A stretch of 64,000 bases of DNA from Nitrospirota bacterium (GTDB lineage: Bacteria > Nitrospirota > UBA9217), in assembly GCA_963836175.1 (NCBI GenBank), contig CAWIIS010000006.1:95213-159212 (forward strand). Direction: 5' to 3'. Positions 57,299 through 64,000 of the stretch are shown here, one piece after another; position 1 is the stretch's first letter; each line of letters opens with the position of its first letter. Under the pieces are notes generated by a model. That model was not told where the DNA came from, ran no database searches, and saw only the letters and a program-made list of their open reading frames with translations. The position numbers were made by a program, and so were the translations under genes.

Positions 57299-58258
57299 TC
57301 ATGCTGACCGCTTGAACCGCTTGAAACCGGAACAGGCGACGATCTGCAGCGGCTCGCTGGCCTCGAGCTTGTCGAGCAGCAGGTTCAGGCCGAGCGTATC
57401 GCTCGATATGTGCCCTGCGATCACCACATGGAGATGGTGCTTCTCAGCCTCTTTCCGGTGGTCTTCGGGCAGATGCATCGCAACGAGGGTCCCCACGCCG
57501 GACTGCACAAGCTTCTCGATGGTCTCTTTGGAACCAGAGGTGCCGCCGGTCATTTTCACAAAGATCCTGCCTGTGCGCTGCTCATCGGAACCCACCAGAA
57601 TTCGGGGGCCGGCGTTGTTCCTGCCGGCTTCCTGGTATTCCGGGATATCCTTTAGAAGTTTCAGTACGTCCTTTAACCGCTGCGGCGGCGTGCGGTCGAA
57701 GAGTTGCTGCAGATGGCTCGACACCAGATTGTCGGCCGGGGTATGGATGCAGCAATAAGGAATATCGAGCAACCGCGCCGCATCAACCGGCCGGGTGTGG
57801 TTCACCGGTAGCAGGCTCCGCTCGACTTCTTTCATCCTGCTGCTCAGCTGGTCCTCGGCAACATTGATCGGCACGCCGAAACGGTTCAGGATATCGGCCT
57901 GCATCTTCATTACTTCGTAGAAATTTGCATAGGCGCGGCCTTCGGGGTGATGGGCGAGAACAAGGTCGATGCCGGCGCCCTTCTCATTCAGCCGGTCGGC
58001 GAGCAGCAGTTCCGGTGATTCAATGTCGATCCCGACCAGGATCTTTCGCACCTGTTGGTCCGGACTGCCATGCAGGACCCTGCTGTCGGCATAGGGATTG
58101 GTAAGCTGTTCAGGGTCAAATGAGGCTTGCTCGCCGGGCTTAAGGTCGTCGAAAGAGACCCGTTTTTCATACAGCTCCTGTTCAACAGCTGCCCTGCCTC
58201 GCGGGTCGGCGTCTATACCATGCTGGATCGCACCATTGAATAGTTCTTGAAGCGTCAC
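57299..58258 (-). CDS. NIF3-family (GTP cyclohydrolase 1 type 2-like) dinuclear-metal protein
   Basis: 319-aa intact ORF. Conserved His/Asp-containing blocks (DLVLAHHP, CCIHTPADN, VIAGHISSD) fit NIF3/YbgI-like proteins. Confidence 0.6.
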   Translation of the reverse strand: MTLQELFNGAIQHGIDADPRGRAAVEQELYEKRVSFDDLKPGEQASFDPEQLTNPYADSRVLHGSPDQQVRKILVGIDIESPELLLADRLNEKGAGIDLVLAHHPEGRAYANFYEVMKMQADILNRFGVPINVAEDQLSSRMKEVERSLLPVNHTRPVDAARLLDIPYCCIHTPADNLVSSHLQQLFDRTPPQRLKDVLKLLKDIPEYQEAGRNNAGPRILVGSDEQRTGRIFVKMTGGTSGSKETIEKLVQSGVGTLVAMHLPEDHRKEAEKHHLHVVIAGHISSDTLGLNLLLDKLEASEPLQIVACSGFKRFKRSA

Positions 58259-58270
58259 TGCGGAACTCCT

Positions 58271-58307
58271 AAAAAAAATCAGGGGGCCTGGTCCTTATGG
58301 CCCCCTG
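58271..58307 (-). terminator. Intrinsic terminator after the GatB/YqeY-domain gene
   Basis: Minus strand: cagggggcc ataaggacca ggccccctg followed by TTTTTTTT. Confidence 0.8.
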
Positions 58308-58350
58308 TTCAGCCTTATCGTAGAATGCAGCTCGCTCCGGCAAACAGGCG

Positions 58351-58794
58351 TTAACCCAGTGCACTTTTTACCAGCTCGCTCACTAATTTTCCGTCTGCGC
58401 GGCCGCCCACCATAGGGATCAGGGTCTTCATGACCTTGCCCATATCCTTGCTGCCCTGGGCCCCCGACTGGGTGATGGCCTCACGGACCAGAGGCTCCAG
58501 TTCTTCGCGCGACAACTGCTGCGGAAGATACACCTCAAGGAACGCGATCTCCGAGGTCTCTTTGTCAACAAGGTCCTGTCTCCCGCCCTTGGCGAATTGC
58601 ACGACAGAGTCTCTCCGCTGTTTGATCAGCGAGCGAACGGCTTCAAGCACTTCGTCCTCGGTCAGCGGTCCCCGCTTGTCGATCTGCCTGTTCTTAAGGG
58701 CAGCGCTCAACATGCGAAGCGTTGATACCTTTTCCTTTGCTCCTGCTTTGAGGGCACCCTTTGTGTCTGCGTCGATCTGCTCCCGTAAACCCAT
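58351..58794 (-). CDS. GatB/YqeY-domain protein
   Basis: ORF 58351..58812. The likely start is MGLREQIDADTKGALKAG. Typical YqeY pattern: LRMLSAALKNRQIDK...LTEDEVLEAVRSLIKQRRDS...GGRADGKLVSELVK. Confidence 0.85.
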   Translation of the reverse strand: MGLREQIDADTKGALKAGAKEKVSTLRMLSAALKNRQIDKRGPLTEDEVLEAVRSLIKQRRDSVVQFAKGGRQDLVDKETSEIAFLEVYLPQQLSREELEPLVREAITQSGAQGSKDMGKVMKTLIPMVGGRADGKLVSELVKSALG

Positions 58795-58846
58795 CCGGTC
58801 CCCTCCTCGCACTTCTTTGTATGAACAGCAAGTTCAGTTGCCCGCG

Positions 58847-59047
58847 TTAACCCTGTCTGAAGATACGCGCTGTCTTCGCTGCCTTCTTGCGTGCAGCTAT
58901 CGCTTTTTTCTTCTTTTTTACGCTGGGCTTCTCATAATGCTCTCTTTTTTTGACCTCGGAAAGAACACCCTCTTTTTCGATGCTCTTCTTGAACCTTCTC
59001 AAAGCGACTTCAAAAGGCTCATTGTCACGTAATCGTATGCTCGGCAC
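58847..59047 (-). CDS. rpsU: 30S ribosomal protein S21
   Basis: ORF 58847..59074. The likely GTG start gives (M)[41 protein letters not shown], the canonical S21 sequence. Confidence 0.9.
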   Translation of the reverse strand: MPSIRLRDNEPFEVALRRFKKSIEKEGVLSEVKKREHYEKPSVKKKKKAIAARKKAAKTARIFRQG

Positions 59048-59282
59048 CCCTGCTACACCCCCCTCCCAACACATCTTATTGATTTAATGGTAATTATGAA
59101 TGTCCGCCAGTGCGGATAGGCCAGTATGAAAAATTTTTCTAAAACAGCTAAACCGCTCATCAAGGCGAAGAGCGGCATAATCACTAAAATTAACAAGTCC
59201 ATCGATGAATGTCAAGAGAAATTTTCTTTAATTTCGACAGGTTGTCAGCTTCTTTCACCGTGGCTGGAAATGGGAAAAACCC

Positions 59283-60488
59283 TCAACTCCGATACGCAGC
59301 GTTGATCTTAATATACTCGTTTGACAGGTCGCACGTCCATATCGTTGATTCAGCCTTGCCCTTGTGCAGATCAATGGTTATCTGCACCTCCCGCTGTTTC
59401 AAGGCGAGCGCAGCCTCGCGGTCGGCGGCCTTGCCCAGCCCCAGCCCCTTCTCTACGAGTTTGGCCTTCCCGATCGAGATGTCGGTGCGGCTCTCGTCCA
59501 TGTCCACGCCGGAGTAGCCGAGCGCAGCCATGATCCTGCCCCAGTTCGCATCTTCCCCGAAGAGGGCGGTCTTGACGAGGCTCGATTTTGCCACGGTAAC
59601 GGCAGCGCGCTTTGCCTCTGCCGGGTTCTTCGCTCCCCGCACCACGATCTCTACGAACTTGGTCGCGCCTTCGCCGTCGCGGACCACCTGTCGCGCAAGC
59701 GATCTGGTCACGGCATCGAGGCAGGCCTGGAACCGATTCTGTTCCTTGGCGCCTGCGGCAATCCTCTTGTTCCCGGCCGCGCCATTTGCCATGCACAGGA
59801 CCATGTCGTTGGTGCTCGTATCGCCATCGACGGTAATGCTGTTGAACGACGTTTCCACTGATGACAGCAGGCACTTTTTGAGCAGGGGCGGGGCAATGGA
59901 GGCGTCCGTCATGATGAAACAGAGCATCGTTGCCATATCAGGGTGGATCATGCCCGAGCCTTTGGCGATACCGGCAACCGTGATGGTCTTGCCGCCGATC
60001 TCCTCCTGCACGATCGAGAGCTTCGGATAGAGGTCGGTGGTCATGATCGCTTCTGCGGTCTGCTCCCAGCCCGCGGGCGAGAGCAGTCCGGCGGCGGTCA
60101 CGATGCCTGCCTCAAGCTTCGCCATGGGCAGAAACTCGCCGATCACGCCGGTTGATGCGATGTAGACTGATTCGGGCCTGATGCCGAGTTCCCGGGCAGC
60201 GATCTCCGCCGTGGTGCGCGCATCGGCCAGGCCTCGTTTTCCGGTGCAGGCGTTGGCACAACCGCTGTTGGCCACAATGACCTGGCCCTTGCCCGACTTT
60301 ACTTTTGCTGCATCCAGCAGCACACAGGCCGCCTTGACACGGTTCTTCGTGAACACCCCGGCTACGGCAGCCTCACGGTCTGAATAGATAAGCGCCAGGT
60401 CCTTTTTGTCGGTCTTCTTGATGCCACAGTGGATGCCCCAGGCTTTAAAGCCGGGCACGGAAAAACTTTTTGTATCCAGAATCCTCAT
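59283..60488 (-). CDS. argJ: Bifunctional glutamate N-acetyltransferase / amino-acid acetyltransferase ArgJ
   Basis: ORF 59283..60530. The likely start is MRILDTK. ArgJ blocks are present: GFKAWGIHCGIKK, ATMLCFIMTDA (autoprocessing Thr site), DGDTSTND, NWGRIMAA. Confidence 0.93.
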   Translation of the reverse strand: MRILDTKSFSVPGFKAWGIHCGIKKTDKKDLALIYSDREAAVAGVFTKNRVKAACVLLDAAKVKSGKGQVIVANSGCANACTGKRGLADARTTAEIAARELGIRPESVYIASTGVIGEFLPMAKLEAGIVTAAGLLSPAGWEQTAEAIMTTDLYPKLSIVQEEIGGKTITVAGIAKGSGMIHPDMATMLCFIMTDASIAPPLLKKCLLSSVETSFNSITVDGDTSTNDMVLCMANGAAGNKRIAAGAKEQNRFQACLDAVTRSLARQVVRDGEGATKFVEIVVRGAKNPAEAKRAAVTVAKSSLVKTALFGEDANWGRIMAALGYSGVDMDESRTDISIGKAKLVEKGLGLGKAADREAALALKQREVQITIDLHKGKAESTIWTCDLSNEYIKINAAYRS

Positions 60489-60530
60489 CGTTCTACCCCT
60501 GTCAGAAGAATAGGCGGATCTGACCTGCAC

Positions 60531-61583
60531 TTACGGAAAGAGTCCGGCGTTTGCGAGGCCTGCGGTTTCCTCGAACGCCATCATCAGGTTCATGTTCTGT
60601 ACCGCCTGGCCCGCAGCCCCCTTCACGAGGTTGTCGATGGCCGAGACCACAACCGCGCGTCCGGTGCGGGGGTCGACAGTGATGCCGATATCGCAGAAGT
60701 TCGACCCGCGCACGTTCCGCACGTTGGGCTGCTGCCCCAGCGGCAGCACGCGGACGAACGGTTCATGCTTATAGAAATCCAAATAGCGCCCATGAAGCGT
60801 CGTGGTGTCCATGTTTTCCGTCAACCGGGCATAGATGGTCGTCAGGATCCCGCGGTTCATCGGAATAAGGTGAGGCGTGAACGACACGGTCACCGGATGA
60901 CCCGCAAGCGCGCTCAGTTCCTGCTCGATCTCCGGTGTATGACGGTGCGTGCCGATCTTGTATGCCATCAACCCTTCATTCGCTTCCGGATAATGATAAG
61001 CAAGCGCCGGACTTCGTCCTGCCCCGGTGACGCCGGACTTGGAATCGATGATGATGCTCGCGAGGTCCGCCATGCCCTGTTTGATGAGCGGCGCAAGCCC
61101 CAGGATCGCGCTCGTGGGATAACATCCGGGGTTGGCGATGAGCGAAGCTTTTTTGATCTGTTCCCGCCGCAGCTCCGGCAACCCATAGACCGCCTGCTTC
61201 AGCAACTCGGGGTACTGGTGGCCGTGCTCATACCACCGCTCATAGACCGCCGGGTCTGCAAGCCGGTAATCCGCAGAAAGGTCAACGACCTTCGTGCCGA
61301 GCGCCCGAAACTTGTTCGCCGCATCCTGGGCCGTCACGTGCGGGAGGGCGAGGAACACCAGATCGGCCTTCTTCGCCAGAACGGCAGGGTCCAGGGGCTC
61401 GCAGATAAGCCGGGTCAGGCTGGCCAGATGGGGGAAAATTGCGGTGAGGGGCTGACCTGCGGACCGTTCTGACGTAATGGCGCTCACCGTCACGTTCGGA
61501 TGATTGAGGAGTATCCGCATGAGCTCCCCGCCCGTGTATCCGCTCGATCCGACAATGGCCACGTTCAATTTCTCTTTACTCAC
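60531..61583 (-). CDS. argC: N-acetyl-gamma-glutamyl-phosphate reductase
   Basis: 350-aa intact ORF with VAIVGSSGYTGGEL and the active-site block ANPGCYPTS. Confidence 0.95.
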   Translation of the reverse strand: MSKEKLNVAIVGSSGYTGGELMRILLNHPNVTVSAITSERSAGQPLTAIFPHLASLTRLICEPLDPAVLAKKADLVFLALPHVTAQDAANKFRALGTKVVDLSADYRLADPAVYERWYEHGHQYPELLKQAVYGLPELRREQIKKASLIANPGCYPTSAILGLAPLIKQGMADLASIIIDSKSGVTGAGRSPALAYHYPEANEGLMAYKIGTHRHTPEIEQELSALAGHPVTVSFTPHLIPMNRGILTTIYARLTENMDTTTLHGRYLDFYKHEPFVRVLPLGQQPNVRNVRGSNFCDIGITVDPRTGRAVVVSAIDNLVKGAAGQAVQNMNLMMAFEETAGLANAGLFP

Positions 61584-61621
61584 GACCGGTACCTGACCTG
61601 AGGCCCTGCGTTTCCGCAGGG

Positions 61622-61655
61622 CAAAATAAAAGGGAAGGCATCTCTACCTTCCCTT
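61622..61655 (-). terminator. Intrinsic terminator after rpsI
   Basis: Minus strand: aagggaagg tagagatg ccttccctt followed by TTATTTT. Confidence 0.7.
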
Positions 61656-61702
61656 GATCGAAACAGGATATGCAACATAGACAGCAGTAGGTATAGGATC
61701 CC

Positions 61703-62107
61703 TTATCTCTTCGAAAACTGGAACCGTGCCCGCGCGCCCTTTTGACCGTACTTTTTCCGCTCTTTCGATCTCGGGTCGCGGGTCAGGAGGCCTTCCTTGC
61801 GCAGTTTGCCCCTCGACTCTTCGTCGATCGTGAGCAGCGCCTTGGAGATGCCATGCCTGATGGCGCCAGCCTGTCCGGAATTGCCGCCGCCGAGCACGCT
61901 CACGAGCACATCGTACTTGTCGATCGTGCCGGTCACTTCGAAAGGCTGGCGGATGATCATCTTGAGCACGTCCCGACCGAAATACTGGTCAATGGATTTC
62001 TCATTGATGGTTATCTTGCCGTTGCCGGGCATCATCCACACCCGTGCAATTGAATTTTTCCGTTTTCCTGTCGCGTAAAATCTCGATACTGTCGCAGCTG
62101 ACATCAA
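61703..62107 (-). CDS. rpsI: 30S ribosomal protein S9
   Basis: 134-aa ORF with [14 protein letters not shown]...[19 protein letters not shown]...[25 protein letters not shown]. Confidence 0.97.
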   Translation of the reverse strand: MMSAATVSRFYATGKRKNSIARVWMMPGNGKITINEKSIDQYFGRDVLKMIIRQPFEVTGTIDKYDVLVSVLGGGNSGQAGAIRHGISKALLTIDEESRGKLRKEGLLTRDPRSKERKKYGQKGARARFQFSKR

Positions 62108-62134
62108 ACTTCCTCCTCAATAATACCGCGTACT

Positions 62135-62569
62135 CTATGCCTCAATATTCATCGCTGCCGGCTGCTGCGCATCGTGCGGATGGGTTTCACCGGCATACAC
62201 CTTCAGCTTGGTCATCATCTGCTTGCCCAACTGCGTCTTCGGCAGCATGCCCTCGACTGCCTTGGTAATCACATCCTCGGGCTTCGTCTTCAGAAGCGTC
62301 CCGGCATTGATGGACTTAAGGCCGCCCGGAAATCCCGAATGATGGTAATACATCTTCTGATCAAGCTTCCTGCCCGTCAGATGCACCTTGTCCGCGTTCA
62401 CGACGATCACAAAATCGCCGGTGTCAACATGTTTGGTATAGATCGGCTTGGTTTTGCCTTTCAATACCGAAGCAATTACCGTCGCCAGCCTGCCGAGAGT
62501 CTTGCCCTTGGCATCGACGACAAACCATTTTCTGACGATATCTTCTTTTTTTGCCGAGTACGTACCCAT
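62135..62569 (-). CDS. rplM: 50S ribosomal protein L13
   Basis: 144-aa ORF with [26 protein letters not shown]...[12 protein letters not shown]. Confidence 0.97.
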   Translation of the reverse strand: MGTYSAKKEDIVRKWFVVDAKGKTLGRLATVIASVLKGKTKPIYTKHVDTGDFVIVVNADKVHLTGRKLDQKMYYHHSGFPGGLKSINAGTLLKTKPEDVITKAVEGMLPKTQLGKQMMTKLKVYAGETHPHDAQQPAAMNIEA

Positions 62570-62614
62570 AATTCCCGCCTTGCTTGTTAAGGTGTAGTTT
62601 TTTTAAGAATTGTG

Positions 62615-62643
62615 AATATAAACAAATTCTCCATGTTTGTCAA
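62615..62643 (-). promoter_or_regulatory. Sigma70-type promoter of rplM-rpsI
   Basis: Minus strand: TTGACA (62643..62638), a 17-nt spacer, then TATATT (62620..62615). Confidence 0.6.
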
Positions 62644-62846
62644 GCATTTTATATACCCCTGGCTCCGGATGCACGATCAGCCAGGTGATACCGGGTCGAT
62701 TTTATCAAAAAAACATTACAAATTAACAGCTTAACAATCATGTTCCGGCCAGACGGACTTATCATGAACGGCCTTAAAAACAAAAAGGCAACGAGACGCC
62801 TCGCTGCCTTTTTAGCGCGTTTTACTCTCTGGCCCCCTGGGCACAA

Positions 62847-63164
62847 CTACACCATTTCAGACGCTTCTTTTTTTCCCCTCATGACTGCAGGAGCTGCAAC
62901 GAGAGAGCCCGTCAGCGTGCCGAGCAGACCGCCAACCACAATGCTCACCGTGGCTGCGCAGGCAATGCCGACCCCGATCCCCATAGCAATGGCAGCGCGC
63001 ACAAAGAGCGTAGGCTCAACAGTACCACCCATGATCTTCTGGAGCAGGATAAGGGTCCCAAAGCTGCCGAAATAAAACCCGGGGACGATCCCGGCCACAA
63101 GGAATACCAGCCCGCCCACTGTTGCGCCTATTTTCATTCCTGTTTTTATTGTTTCGTTCTTCAT
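62847..63164 (-). CDS. Small Gly/Ala-rich integral membrane protein (paralog A)
   Basis: ORF 62847..63182. The likely start is MKNETIKTG. Three hydrophobic, glycine-zipper-like helices are present. It has the same architecture as 63211..63534. Confidence 0.55.
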   Translation of the reverse strand: MKNETIKTGMKIGATVGGLVFLVAGIVPGFYFGSFGTLILLQKIMGGTVEPTLFVRAAIAMGIGVGIACAATVSIVVGGLLGTLTGSLVAAPAVMRGKKEASEMV

Positions 63165-63210
63165 GATACAATCCCCTTTCATCCGCAGCTGTTATGTTTT
63201 GTGACCTGTT

Positions 63211-63534
63211 TTATTTTTGTTGGATCTTGCCTGATGCAGCGGCCTCTTTGGCGCGCATTCCTGATTCAAGCACCTTGCCTGCGATCCAGCCGATGGACGA
63301 TGTGGCTGTCACGATCACGATACCGGCGACCAGTACCCCGATAAGCATGGAGGCCAGAACGATCATCCGGGACATGAGGCCCGACTTAAGAGGAAGACCG
63401 AAAAGCCATCCTGCGATATTGATCCCCATCGCACCGCCTAACAGGCTGCCAGGCATGAGTCCGAACAAGGTGAACAGCACCAGCCCTGCACCAGCCCCAA
63501 GGTATGCTGTTTTTCGTGCTATTGTGGTCTTCAT
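63211..63534 (-). CDS. Small Gly/Ala-rich integral membrane protein (paralog B)
   Basis: 107-aa ORF, collinear with paralog A (N-terminal K/T-rich segment, GxxxG-rich helices, basic C-terminal tail). Confidence 0.55.
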   Translation of the reverse strand: MKTTIARKTAYLGAGAGLVLFTLFGLMPGSLLGGAMGINIAGWLFGLPLKSGLMSRMIVLASMLIGVLVAGIVIVTATSSIGWIAGKVLESGMRAKEAAASGKIQQK

Positions 63535-63892
63535 AATGAATTTCTCCTTTTCATCGGCCTTAAGTTATTATTTTGCATCAATTGTGCCAAACATAAACGC
63601 ATTGATTTAATTACTATTATTATCCACCTGCCATTTGCAGAGATGAGAAAAGAACAGGGGCGTTTATTACTATTGCGAATAGAATTGCCCGTATATTCTA
63701 CCTTCCTTGCCTTCGCTGTAAATGACCTGCCGATTTTTCTTGTATTGCTGATGAACCTGTGCTATTTTATGGGTCGCCCTTTTAGGGCATATTCTAAATC
63801 CGCACGCGCCAGGACCTGCAGGCAGATGTCCCGAATCTAACGTCGGGCCTGTCCGGGGATGATCGGCGCGGAGGCAAAACAGGAGGGACACA

Positions 63893-64000
63893 ATGTCCGC
63901 AATCACGATGAAGGAGCTGTTGGAAGCAGGGGTGCATTTCGGCCACCAGGCAAAACGGTGGAATCCCAAGATGAAGAAGTACATCTTCGGGGAGCGTAAC
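63893..64000 (+). CDS. rpsB: 30S ribosomal protein S2, 5' part only (runs off the window)
   Basis: Hand translation gives [36 protein letters not shown], the canonical S2 N-terminus. AGGAGGG lies 7 nt upstream. Confidence 0.93.
   Translation, partial: MSAITMKELLEAGVHFGHQAKRWNPKMKKYIFGERN

Noticed and set aside
60429-61472. 347-aa plus-strand ORF
   Set aside because: It is antisense to argC and is a shadow ORF.

Overview
GC-rich bacterial chromosomal segment, almost entirely coding. It has three visibly AT-richer accessory patches. No lineage is claimed; the many short REP-like intergenic repeats suggest an environmental or MAG-type genome. Core content, mostly on the minus strand: (1) the start of the dcw cluster (mraZ, a STAS gene, rsmH, ftsL, ftsI); (2) a D-Ala-D-Ala carboxypeptidase and a Lon-like AAA+ protease; (3) an nfeD-flotillin operon; (4) plsC-like, LOG-family, prfC, a disulfide oxidoreductase and YceI; (5) TrpB2, a MutY/Nth-like glycosylase, an Smr protein, RNase P RNA and tRNA(CAT); (6) rpoD-dnaG-mutS2, rpsU, argJ-argC, rplM-rpsI and the start of rpsB. 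Accessory patch 1 (about 5.7-15.5 kb) is a defence island. It holds a Type I R-M system with two specificity genes and a translationally coupled DUF45-type metallopeptidase, a small GIY-YIG nuclease, and an MqsR-like toxin paired with an unusual MqsA+Panacea fusion antitoxin. Patch 2 (about 20.2-23.7 kb) carries a GNAT, two hypothetical proteins, a four-unit palindrome array and a HEPN-like gene attached to the flotillin operon. Patch 3 (about 38-44.2 kb) lies between an IS110-family element and an ISNCY-like element that has 19-bp flanking direct repeats. The candidates I consider most novel are: the MqsR / MqsA-Panacea module; a strongly promoted 34-codon ORF in front of a radical SAM/SPASM-YceI-oxidoreductase operon (possible RiPP-like system); and the 20-bp-phased palindrome array next to the HEPN-like gene. 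Major caveat: at least twelve genes, including essential ones, are split by single frame changes. This looks like indel error in the assembly, so no pseudogene claim is made from frameshifts alone. No CRISPR array, rRNA or prophage was seen.
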